Positions 9,748 through 17,419 of a DNA stretch of 54,632 bases are shown piece by piece. Both the position numbers and the translations under genes were made by a program. Source of the DNA: Candidatus Subterrananammoxibius californiae (GTDB lineage: Bacteria; Planctomycetota; Brocadiia; Brocadiales; Subterrananammoxibiaceae); NCBI GenBank assembly GCA_030586555.1, contig JAURAC010000023.1:1-54632 (forward strand). Reading direction: 5' to 3'. Under the pieces are notes generated by a model. The model was not told the origin of the DNA and did no database searches. It saw nothing but the letters and a program-made list of their open reading frames with translations. Positions within the stretch are counted from its first letter, which is position 1. Every line of letters begins with the position of its first letter.

Positions 9748-10281
9748 TTGGAAAAAACGCTAAAGACAGAAATAATCTATAAGGGCAAAAAGGTTCTATT
9801 TCAACGTGATGAGGTAGAACTCGAATCGGGCAGAAAGACAATTCGGGAACTCACAATCCATCCGGGGTCTGCGGCTATAATTCCAATGCTCCCTGATAGC
9901 CGCATTATAATCATCAAACAATACAGATATGCTGTAAAGAATACATTATATGAAATCCCTGCCGGGACGTTGGAGCCGGGTGAAACACCACTTCAATGTG
10001 CACACAGGGAGCTTAAGGAAGAAACAGGATACACTGCAGGAAAAATGGAAAAACTCATCCAGTTTTATCCTTCCCCCGGCATCAGCAACGAACTAATGCA
10101 CCTCTTTCTTGCAAAAGACCTCAAAAAAGCTGGTAGGGGCGGTTCTCGAACCGCCCTCTCAGACGAAACCCTTGCAGTACTTGAAGTAAATATGGATGAG
10201 GCAATCGAAATGATTAAGAATGGCAAAATCATTGACGCAAAGACCATCTGCGGTATCCTGCTTTGTAGTAAAGATCTTTAA
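9748..10281 (+). CDS. nudF: ADP-ribose pyrophosphatase (Nudix hydrolase) with an in-frame REP
   Basis: HPGSAAIIP, QYRY, Nudix box EIPAGTLEPGETPLQCAHRELKEETG, SPG, IIDAKTI. Confidence 0.85.
   Translation: MEKTLKTEIIYKGKKVLFQRDEVELESGRKTIRELTIHPGSAAIIPMLPDSRIIIIKQYRYAVKNTLYEIPAGTLEPGETPLQCAHRELKEETGYTAGKMEKLIQFYPSPGISNELMHLFLAKDLKKAGRGGSRTALSDETLAVLEVNMDEAIEMIKNGKIIDAKTICGILLCSKDL
10133..10158. repeat. GTAG-REP in frame within the Nudix CDS
   Basis: gtaggggcggttctcgaaccgccctc encodes GRGGSRTAL. Confidence 0.8.
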
Positions 10282-10309
10282 GTAGGGGCGTATTGCAATA
10301 CGCCCCTAC
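10282..10309. repeat. GTAG-REP, perfect 28-bp palindrome
   Basis: gtaggggcgtattgcaatacgcccctac, immediately after the nudF stop. Confidence 0.9.
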
Positions 10310-10343
10310 AAAAGTTTCTTACAGTTTGTAAAATCCGAAGCCT

Positions 10344-10940
10344 TTATTCAGTCCAGTGGTCGTTAAGGCCAAAGCCAGGGCTTGCCGCCTTGTATAGTAC
10401 GCCATTGTAGCCGCCAACCGGGTCATTATACACTTCTTGAATTATAGTATATTGACCCCACAATGGACCACCGGGACCAACCCAGACTATTTTGACAAAG
10501 TAACTGTAGTGCGCATCCTCAGTGCCATCGCCATCAGAATCATAATCCCCTTCAACTTGATTTGTCAGCCAGCCTTGACTAATAGTTGGCCAACCGTTTG
10601 AACTCGGCGAACCTCTGTCCAACTTGCCATCACCGCTACAGTCTTTGTTAGACAGCCAGTCGTCAGACCACTTCATCCGCAGGCGGTCGTTCACATAATC
10701 TCCTGTGCTGCCCCAGTATGTGCCATCGAGATTGCGGTCTACACTGTCATAGGTGCCATTGAACATGTGTGCCTGGTAATTATATCCGAACTGGTCGTAA
10801 CCCAGTACAATTGGATTTCCGTTAACATCGAGTAGCGTACCATCTTTAATGGTTGTGCACCCTGCAAATGCTCTGTTGCTTGGTAAGGCAAAAAGATATA
10901 CAAAAACTCCAACAACCAACAAAATTGATAATCTTTTCAT
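10344..10940 (-). CDS. Secreted hypothetical protein (Asp/Gly/aromatic-rich)
   Basis: Signal peptide MKRLSILLVVGVFVYLFALPSNRAFA, AAAGGAGA SD, DxDGDG-like segments. Confidence 0.8.
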   Translation of the reverse strand: MKRLSILLVVGVFVYLFALPSNRAFAGCTTIKDGTLLDVNGNPIVLGYDQFGYNYQAHMFNGTYDSVDRNLDGTYWGSTGDYVNDRLRMKWSDDWLSNKDCSGDGKLDRGSPSSNGWPTISQGWLTNQVEGDYDSDGDGTEDAHYSYFVKIVWVGPGGPLWGQYTIIQEVYNDPVGGYNGVLYKAASPGFGLNDHWTE

Positions 10941-11036
10941 TGGTATTCTCTCCTTTCATTTCTTTTCATTAAGACACCAGGCTTGTCGGGCATCACTGAA
11001 ACGATACGTTTCTTTAGTGCATAGGCATCACCTCCC
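10927..11036 (-). repeat. 110-bp direct repeat, copy 1 (5' leader plus first codons)
   Basis: Seven mismatches against 11790-11899 by manual alignment. Confidence 0.9.
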
Positions 11037-11063
11037 TAAAAAATGTCCTCTTAAGCAGTTTAT

Positions 11064-11107
11064 ACCCCCCCTCACCTTATTCCTCTCCCCCAAGGGGAGA
11101 GGGAGAT
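11064..11107. repeat. C-tract/G-tract palindromic element
   Basis: cccccctcaccttattcctctcccccaaggggagagggaga. Confidence 0.7.
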
Positions 11108-11130
11108 TTTAATGCAATCCACACATACTT

Positions 11131-11158
11131 GTAGGGGCGGTTCGTGAACCGCCCCTAC
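11131..11158. repeat. GTAG-REP
   Basis: gtaggggcggttcgtgaaccgcccctac. Confidence 0.9.
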
Positions 11159-11176
11159 AGTCCATTTGTTGCAACC

Positions 11177-11803
11177 TCAGTCAGTAATATCACCCTGATT
11201 GCCGTCTACCGAGTTAACCCATGTGCCATTACTGCCACCATGGTAAACCCACCCCCACCACTCGTAAGTAAAGCTATCTACCGAAGTGAAGTATGTGGAT
11301 ACCCAGCTAAATGGTGATGATGGGCCGTTGTCGGGATTCCCATCCCATCCATAGTCAAATGTACCGATGTTTCCCCTTGTGCGATATGATGGGCTTGGGT
11401 CGAGGGTTCCGGTAATGGTGGCTCTATACCCGCCTTCAAATGTGCCTTTGATTCCGGCGGCTATGCCATCCCCATCGGTGTTTTCGGGACTGTTGGTTGC
11501 TACGGTGGTGAAAGCGCCCTGATAACGAATCACAGCGCAGAAGGTATCCGTACCCACCTGCCATACCTGTATGAGCCTTTTGTAGTTATCGTATGCCCAA
11601 TATTTACCCGTTACGCTTGAATCTGCGTCATTTGTAACCTTATGAGTAACGTTAATCACCAACTGACCATCCGAACATTGACCTGGGTTTACCTCACTAC
11701 CCCAATTTAGGTGAGGAACGCTCGGTGCAGCTATTGCCCAGCCTCCAAAGACCAAGAGCCCCAGTAAGATAACCATTGTCGATAAAACCGATAATCTCTT
11801 CAT
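11177..11803 (-). CDS. Secreted hypothetical protein
   Basis: Signal peptide MKRLSVLSTMVILLGLLVFGGWAIA; beta-rich, Trp/Tyr-rich mature part. Confidence 0.8.
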   Translation of the reverse strand: MKRLSVLSTMVILLGLLVFGGWAIAAPSVPHLNWGSEVNPGQCSDGQLVINVTHKVTNDADSSVTGKYWAYDNYKRLIQVWQVGTDTFCAVIRYQGAFTTVATNSPENTDGDGIAAGIKGTFEGGYRATITGTLDPSPSYRTRGNIGTFDYGWDGNPDNGPSSPFSWVSTYFTSVDSFTYEWWGWVYHGGSNGTWVNSVDGNQGDITD

Positions 11804-11899
11804 TGGTATTCTCTCCTTTCATTTCTTTTCATTAAGACACCAGCCTTGTCGGACGTCAGTGAAACGGTACGTTTCTTTAGTACATAGGCATCACCTCCC
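11790..11899 (-). repeat. 110-bp direct repeat, copy 2
   Basis: Matches 10927-11036. Confidence 0.9.
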
Positions 11900-11938
11900 A
11901 AAAACAAAAAAGCCTTCTTGCCGGACTGAAGAAGGCTT
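11900..11938 (-). terminator. Intrinsic terminator within a 5' leader (possible attenuator)
   Basis: Minus strand AAGCCTTCTT-9 nt loop-AAGAAGGCTT followed by TTTTGTTTTT. Confidence 0.75.
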
Positions 11939-12068
11939 ATTGAGTAAAGAATATGAGATTGCTTCGCCTGCTTGAGGCAGGCTCGCAATGACAGGCTTGA
12001 ATAAAGAAAGACCTATTCTTTCGAGAGAGAGAGAGAGAGAGAGAGAGATTACATGCGTAAATGCGCAT
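11937..12068 (-). CDS. Putative 43-aa leader peptide spanning (TC)13
   Basis: GGAGG SD 10 nt before ATG; MRIYACNLSLSLSLSRKNRSFFIQACHCEPASSRRSNLIFFTQ*; the stop overlaps the terminator 5' arm. Confidence 0.4.
   Translation of the reverse strand: MRIYACNLSLSLSLSRKNRSFFIQACHCEPASSRRSNLIFFTQ
11955..11993. repeat. Half TGTCA..TGACA-type palindromic element with an inner hairpin
   Basis: gagattgcttcg-cctgcttgaggcagg-ctcgcaatgaca; compare 35208-35236. Confidence 0.7.
12023..12048. repeat. Dinucleotide microsatellite (GA)13
   Basis: 26 bp of uninterrupted GA. Confidence 0.95.
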
Positions 12069-12154
12069 TGCCAACCATCCTCCCCTTTATATGATACAGT
12101 AGGAAGCCAATCCCCGCATAAAGAGAATTGTTCCTCTATAATGAATTTGTACAA

Positions 12155-12182
12155 ATCATATCACAATATTTTGTTTTGTCAA
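12155..12182 (-). promoter_or_regulatory. Sigma70-type promoter driving the leader and secreted-protein genes
   Basis: Minus strand TTGACA-16 bp-TATGAT with a TGn extended -10. Confidence 0.55.
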
Positions 12183-12280
12183 GGATTTTTAAAATTTTCA
12201 ATGATTATTTTTATGCCCTAATCGGTTTAATATTGCCTCCCAGATGTCTTTTAGCCTATTAATCGCATAGTTTTTAACCT

Positions 12281-12829
12281 TTACAAATACGATTGTGTGA
12301 AATTATTAGGGTTGTTTTCATCATCAGCCCATTGGGCAGGATTGTTAATAATATATTCACGGATGAGGTTTAATTCATTTTCATTGCGGATGATGTGTTC
12401 ATAATAATTTCGTTGCCAGATAGATGAACCTGATATGTAATGAATCTTATTAATATGCTTACTGGATACGGTTTTGAATGCACCGATTAATCGCCCCAAT
12501 GGTTTACGTTTAATTATACCTGTAGGGGCGGTTCGCGAACCGCCCCTACAATCATCGGTAATGAGAATAATTCCATGCAAGTGATTAGGCATTACAACAT
12601 ATTCTTCTGCCTTTACGTATGAATATTGATGGGATAACCACTCCCAACACTCTTTTACTATTTGTCCATACTCATTTAACCTTATTTTTCCATCCACAAC
12701 CTCGCCGAAAAGGCATTTCCATTGGTAAGTACACACAGTTACAAAATAAGCCCATGGCTGTGTGTAATCATAACCTTTCAAACGAATAGAACGACGGTGG
12801 TGTATCTCAGGATTGTATTTACCTTTCAT
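12281..12829 (-). mobile_element. REP-associated tyrosine transposase (RAYT/TnpA-REP, Y1 HUH family)
   Basis: RRSIRLKGYDY, YFVTVCT, HUH motif VMPNHLHGI, WQRNYYEHIIR, catalytic YIINNP; flanked by GTAG-REPs and contains one. Confidence 0.9.
12522..12549. repeat. GTAG-REP in frame inside the RAYT gene
   Basis: Perfect palindrome gtaggggcggttcgcgaaccgcccctac encodes CRGGSRTAPT. Confidence 0.9.
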
Positions 12830-12849
12830 ACCACAACCCCCTTTTCAAA

Positions 12850-12877
12850 GTAAGGGCGGTTCGCAAACCGCCCCTAC
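12850..12877. repeat. GTAG-REP upstream of RAYT; supplies the TAG stop of the MBL gene
   Basis: gtaagggcggttcgcaaaccgcccctac. Confidence 0.85.
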
Positions 12878-13680
12878 AGTAAGCTCGCCAAATCGAGCCT
12901 CATCCCATCACCTGCAGAGATTACCCTCGTCTTAAGTTCTTCGGTCAATTGTGCCGCTATTTCTCTTGTATTAGCTTTTAGCATTGTCATTCCAAAGTGG
13001 GTCAATATGGCAACCTTTGGCTTTGTCTCGCTGATAATCTTTCGCGCATCGTTGAGATTGAGATGGAAAATACCCCTTGCACGGTCGTTTTCTGATTTAT
13101 AGCGCACGAGGTTCATCAATAGTATATCGCCCCTGTATGCCTTTATCAACCCCGGGAAAAAGGATGTGTCAACAATATAAGAAATGGTACATAATGGAGT
13201 CTTGAAAATAAGTCCATAGGTTTCTACAGGATGGTCGTGGCGGATAGGTGTTGTGAAGGAAACCGTATCGCTGATTTTGTACGACGCCCCTTCTTTAAGG
13301 ATTTCAATCTTGTTAAGATATTTGCGAACGTATTGAAAGACCACAGGGTCAATTGTTAAAGCCTCCTCAGTAGTAAATAACGTACCCTTCTTTTTAAACC
13401 CCCCTTCCGTCATCGCCTCAATCATCACATTTACATCCGCACAGTGGTCAAGATGTCTGTGAGTTACAATTATGTAGTCAAGAGTAAGCGGGTCGAGCTT
13501 TGGTCTGCTTGCACAGCATCTGACGAGACACCCCGGTCCAGGGTCTACAAGGATATTAGAGCCGTTCAGTGAAAACCACGTCCCGCCAGATGCCCTTATC
13601 TGCTTTGAGACGACAATCCTTGCCCCCGCAGTGCCGAGGAATTTTATAAAGTTAGTTTCCATTTCTTTCTTGCCCATCAC
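12874..13680 (-). CDS. MBL-fold metallo-hydrolase
   Basis: FLGTAG, DPGPG, THRHLDH (HxHxDH), DT, LTHFG. Confidence 0.88.
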   Translation of the reverse strand: MMGKKEMETNFIKFLGTAGARIVVSKQIRASGGTWFSLNGSNILVDPGPGCLVRCCASRPKLDPLTLDYIIVTHRHLDHCADVNVMIEAMTEGGFKKKGTLFTTEEALTIDPVVFQYVRKYLNKIEILKEGASYKISDTVSFTTPIRHDHPVETYGLIFKTPLCTISYIVDTSFFPGLIKAYRGDILLMNLVRYKSENDRARGIFHLNLNDARKIISETKPKVAILTHFGMTMLKANTREIAAQLTEELKTRVISAGDGMRLDLASLL

Positions 13681-13698
13681 TGCACCTTATCATTATCA

Positions 13699-13731
13699 GC
13701 ACGGACAAACAAGTTTATCCATGCCACCCTA
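13699..13731 (-). repeat. REP of the GTAGGGTGGCATGGAC family, reverse orientation
   Basis: gcacggacaaacaagtttatccatgccaccct. Confidence 0.85.
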
Positions 13732-13789
13732 AACTAATCCTCAGAAATACACTATCAATCAAACTACTTTCTGTCAACAATTAAAAACC

Positions 13790-13818
13790 TTGACAGCATC
13801 TGAACAGGGTGATATATT
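13790..13818 (+). promoter_or_regulatory. Sigma70-type promoter of the membrane-protein operon
   Basis: TTGACA-17 bp-TATATT with TGn. Confidence 0.55.
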
Positions 13819-13848
13819 ACGAACGCTTATATTCTAAAAAGCTGTAAA

Positions 13849-15048
13849 ATGAAAATTGTAAATTTAAAATTTCAAATTTTTAATCTCCAATTTCCAATTC
13901 TTTTAACGTTTTTTTTATTTATTGGAACAGTTCTGGCTGACGAGACCAATCGTCTTATCCCTTCAACCGATTTTCAAGCCTTCGATACGCAAAACGATGC
14001 AGGTGGAAGTGTTTCGCTAATGTGGCGCATATCGCCAAGTGATTCACCAAATGTTGAATATGCAATATATATATCAACGAATAAGGATGGTCCGTTTGAT
14101 AGGGAGGCGCTCCGTATAAAGTCCAATACAAATTATAAAAATGCCAGTTTTCATGTTGTGACTGTGGACCTAAAAAAGATTTATGCAGGACAAGATATCA
14201 GGACATTAAGAAAAACCCCTTATTATTTCCAGCTTGTTATGGAAGGACAGGGTGGCAAGGAGGTCGTTCCGCAGATTGCCTCTGCAAAAGGATATGGCAA
14301 CCTTTTTAATCTTGCCGAGTGGTATAATCTCATTATAATGCTTACGTTCAGTGGATTAGTGCTGTACTCTATTGCCCATGCCAGGCGAAATCCAAACATA
14401 TTTTTAAGAAAGATTAGCGGACTGGATGCCGTTGATGAGGCGCTGGGACGAGCCACAGAAATGGGGAAGCCTGTGCTCTTTGTCCATGGCTTGACATCAA
14501 TGGGTAGTATATCCACAATAGCAGCGGTTAACATCCTTGGAAGGATAGCCAGAAAGATTGCAGAGTATGACGCAATGCTTAAGGTTGTAAATAATGACCC
14601 AATAGTGATGTCCGTCAGCCAGGAGGTGGTTAAGGAGTCGTATCTTGAAGCAGGAAGGCCCGATGCCTATAATGAGGATAATATCTTTCTTGTTGCATCC
14701 GAACAGTTTCCTTACGTAGCAGCCGTTAGCGGCATCATGACGAGGGAAAAGCCTGCCACTAACTTTTTTATAGGGTATTTTTATGCCGAAGCACTCCTTC
14801 TTGCGGAGACAGGTGCAGAAACGGGCGCCATCCAGATTGCAGGGACGGATGCATTCACCCAGCTACCTTTCTTTATTACATCTTGTGATTATACACTGAT
14901 GGGTGAGGAGCTTTATGCCGCCAGTGCATACCTCTCCAGAGAGCCTTTGTTGTTAGGAAGTCTCCGTGCGCAGGATATCGGCAAGGCGATGCTTATAGCA
15001 TTTTTTATCCTCGCAGAGTTCGGAGTGTTCATCCGAGCATTGTTCTGA
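13849..15048 (+). CDS. Membrane protein: signal peptide, FN3/Ig-like domain, TM, conserved domain (resembles DUF6754 from memory)
   Basis: DTQNDAGGSVSLMW; LRKISGLDAVDEALGRATEMGKPV; QIAGTD..QLPFFITSCDYTLMGEELYAASAYLS. Confidence 0.7.
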   Translation: MKIVNLKFQIFNLQFPILLTFFLFIGTVLADETNRLIPSTDFQAFDTQNDAGGSVSLMWRISPSDSPNVEYAIYISTNKDGPFDREALRIKSNTNYKNASFHVVTVDLKKIYAGQDIRTLRKTPYYFQLVMEGQGGKEVVPQIASAKGYGNLFNLAEWYNLIIMLTFSGLVLYSIAHARRNPNIFLRKISGLDAVDEALGRATEMGKPVLFVHGLTSMGSISTIAAVNILGRIARKIAEYDAMLKVVNNDPIVMSVSQEVVKESYLEAGRPDAYNEDNIFLVASEQFPYVAAVSGIMTREKPATNFFIGYFYAEALLLAETGAETGAIQIAGTDAFTQLPFFITSCDYTLMGEELYAASAYLSREPLLLGSLRAQDIGKAMLIAFFILAEFGVFIRALF

Positions 15049-15059
15049 TATAAATTATG

Positions 15060-15113
15060 GTAGCCGCAACCTTTAGGTTGCGTTATTTCTCGCAGGTTAA
15101 AACCTGCGGCTAC
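15060..15113. repeat. GTAG REP doublet (REPIN-like)
   Basis: gtagccgcaacctttaggttgcg-ttatttct-cgcaggttaaaacctgcggctac. Confidence 0.85.
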
Positions 15114-15141
15114 AAATTCGTATAACAAGGCTGTTAATTTT

Positions 15142-15810
15142 ATGCGTATAGACATGCACATTCATACTAACCGTTACTCCTCTTGCAGCCACATTGACCC
15201 TTACAAGCTGATAATCAAGGCGAAGAGAAAAGGGTTAGATGGCATCGTGATAACGGAACATGAGAGGCTGTGGCGTAAGGAGGAGATTGCAGAGTTAAAA
15301 AAATTTTCTGGCAACCTTGTAATCCTGAGGGGAGTTGAGGTCTCAACACCGCAAGGTTTACACCTCTTAATCTACGGTTTAAATGAGGATTTAGAGCCTG
15401 GTATGGATGAAGTGGATATAATAAGAGAGGCACACAAGCATTCTGCGGTGGTAATTCCTGCACATCCATATCGTTACGGCGCTGGATTAGAAGAATTGCT
15501 ATATTCTCTTGAGATAGATGGATTAGAGATTATGAGTACAAATACAAGTGAAATGGCAGGCATACAGGCACAACTTTTAAGGGATAAACTTAACATACCT
15601 GGTATAGCAGGAAGCGATGCCCACGACATTAGATTAGTTGGCGCATATTATACCGAGTTCCAGTGTAATATAACCAATGAGGCGGAGCTTGTTGAAGCCA
15701 TAAGAAGACACACCCCTTTATCCCCTCTTAATAGAGGGGATAGCCCCCCTGTATGCTCCCCTCTAAAAAGAGGGGGTGGGGGGTGCGTGTCCTTCCCGGG
15801 AGGTATTTAA
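15142..15810 (+). CDS. PHP-domain phosphoesterase with a repeat-encoded C-terminal tail
   Basis: DMHIHT, ITEH, GVEV, HLL, AHPYR, GSDAH. Confidence 0.88.
   Translation: MRIDMHIHTNRYSSCSHIDPYKLIIKAKRKGLDGIVITEHERLWRKEEIAELKKFSGNLVILRGVEVSTPQGLHLLIYGLNEDLEPGMDEVDIIREAHKHSAVVIPAHPYRYGAGLEELLYSLEIDGLEIMSTNTSEMAGIQAQLLRDKLNIPGIAGSDAHDIRLVGAYYTEFQCNITNEAELVEAIRRHTPLSPLNRGDSPPVCSPLKRGGGGCVSFPGGI
15707..15791. repeat. Double C/G-tract hairpin element translated in frame at the PHP 3' end
   Basis: Same element as 771-852; encodes HTPLSPLNRGDSPPVCSPLKRGGGGCV. Confidence 0.85.
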
Positions 15811-16464
15811 TTGAACTTTTTAAAACGTACCGTACCCCTTACGATTGCATTTATCACCGGCATTGTTATGGCATTCCAGTATTATGTGCCTCACCAGGTA
15901 TCTGAGGACCTGTGGGAGGTCGTACTTCTCTGGGATAGAATCATAGCTGGTTTTGCAGTCTTTATAGGCGCATATAGCCTTATACACCTTCACGCTAACA
16001 GGGTCAAGAGAAAGACGGGCGGATGGGGTTTTAGTGCATTTTTCTTCATCGGTCTAATATTCACAGTGGCTTTCGGTCTTTATAATGGGGGGAAGGGTTT
16101 CTGGAATAATCAGCAAGAAAATACATCATTCACCTGGATTTACGAATTTGTTTATGTACCACCGAGCGCAACGGTATTTTCACTTCTTGCCTTTTTTATG
16201 GCATCCGCAGCATACAGGGCATTCAGGGCAAGAACGTGGGAATCTACGCTGCTTCTCGTCTCGGCAGTTATAATAATGCTTGGGCGTGTACCAATTGGGG
16301 CGTTAATATCCCAGTATATACCACTTGCTGCTGATGCAATAATGACAATACCAAACATGGCAGCTAAAAGAGGGATACTGTTAGGTGTAAGCCTCGGCGC
16401 TATTGCAACGTCAATAAAGATTATCTTCGGAATAGAAAGACAATATCTCGGGGGTGGTGATTAA
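15811..16464 (+). CDS. Hypothetical integral membrane protein
   Basis: About six TMs; ATVFSLLAFFMASAAYRAFRAR, PNMAAKRGILLG; start abuts the PHP stop. Confidence 0.75.
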   Translation: MNFLKRTVPLTIAFITGIVMAFQYYVPHQVSEDLWEVVLLWDRIIAGFAVFIGAYSLIHLHANRVKRKTGGWGFSAFFFIGLIFTVAFGLYNGGKGFWNNQQENTSFTWIYEFVYVPPSATVFSLLAFFMASAAYRAFRARTWESTLLLVSAVIIMLGRVPIGALISQYIPLAADAIMTIPNMAAKRGILLGVSLGAIATSIKIIFGIERQYLGGGD

Positions 16465-16465
16465 A

Positions 16466-16578
16466 TTGGATTTTGGACTTGGGATTTGGGAAAAATGACC
16501 AATTATCAATTTCAAAATCCCAATTAAGGAATTTTTATAATTGGTTATTGGTAATTAATTGGGATTTGGGATTTGGAC
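16466..16578. repeat. Heptamer tandem repeats (TTGGGAT/TTGGTAA-like)
   Basis: ttggatt ttggact tgggatt tggg ... ttggtta ttggtaa ... ttgggat ttgggat ttgga. Confidence 0.65.
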
Positions 16579-16594
16579 ATGTGGTGGTGATTAA

Positions 16595-17419
16595 ATGGAA
16601 AAATTGCTTGGCATAGACAGAAGAATAATATTTGTCTTTGTTGCGGTCGCAGCAATAACGCCAATGTTGTTAAGATTTGAAATACCAATTCCCACTACAA
16701 GTATCGTTAAAAGGGTTTATGACAAGATAGAATCTTTGCCCGAAGGCTCGCACGTCCTCATTGCATTTGATTACGACCCCTCGTCCAAGGAAGAACTCCT
16801 TCCGATGGCTATAGCTTTAATGCACCACTGTTTTCAAAGGAATCTTAAGGCTATTGGAATGACCCTTAATGTGACGGGAAAAGACCTTGCTGAACAGGCA
16901 ATGAGTCGTACAGCCGCTCTTTATGGAAAAGAATCTGGCAAGGACTATGTGTTTTTAGGATATAAGGCAGGCTTTTATTCTGTTATCGCTGGTATGGGAC
17001 AAAACATTTATTCTACGTTTCCTAAAGATGCTTACGGCAATAACACACGGGAATTACCAGCCCTTGAAGGGGTGGAAACCCTCAGAGACATTGATTATGT
17101 TATTGATTTGGCTGCGGGTGATAGTACACAGATGTGGATAGTTTATGGCAAGGAAAAATATAAATTCGATTTTGGGGCAGGTTGTACGGCTGTTATCGGT
17201 CCCGAGATGTATCCCTTCTTCCAATCGAGGCAGATAAATGGTTTTCTATCCGGTTTAAAGGATGCCGCTGAATATGAGGCGATCGTAAAACAGAAGGCAC
17301 AGGCAGTGCGTGGAATGCCTTCCCAGAGCATAACGCATTTAATCGTTATCTTCTTCGTGCTATTTGGTAACGTTGTTTATTTCCTTACCGGTAAACGCAA
17401 AGGACAGGGAAAAAGGTGA
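16595..17419 (+). CDS. Hypothetical membrane-anchored protein
   Basis: N- and C-terminal TMs around an alpha/beta domain: FDYDPSSKEELLPM, GKDYVFLGYKAG, GCTAV, GLKDAAEYE. Confidence 0.75.
   Translation: MEKLLGIDRRIIFVFVAVAAITPMLLRFEIPIPTTSIVKRVYDKIESLPEGSHVLIAFDYDPSSKEELLPMAIALMHHCFQRNLKAIGMTLNVTGKDLAEQAMSRTAALYGKESGKDYVFLGYKAGFYSVIAGMGQNIYSTFPKDAYGNNTRELPALEGVETLRDIDYVIDLAAGDSTQMWIVYGKEKYKFDFGAGCTAVIGPEMYPFFQSRQINGFLSGLKDAAEYEAIVKQKAQAVRGMPSQSITHLIVIFFVLFGNVVYFLTGKRKGQGKR

Noticed and set aside
10927..11036. Known riboswitch (c-di-GMP, TPP, SAM, cobalamin) in the duplicated leader
   Set aside because: I could not match any consensus core by eye. It is kept only as an unknown motif pending an Rfam search.
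11891..12154. 87-aa ORF from the track as the leader peptide
   Set aside because: Its TTG start lies immediately at the predicted -10 box, upstream of the likely transcription start, and has no SD. The ATG at 12068 is better supported; this frame matters only after repeat slippage.
12281..12829. IS200/IS605 insertion sequence with tnpB
   Set aside because: There is no tnpB and no distinct IS ends; the motifs and flanking GTAG palindromes fit a RAYT.
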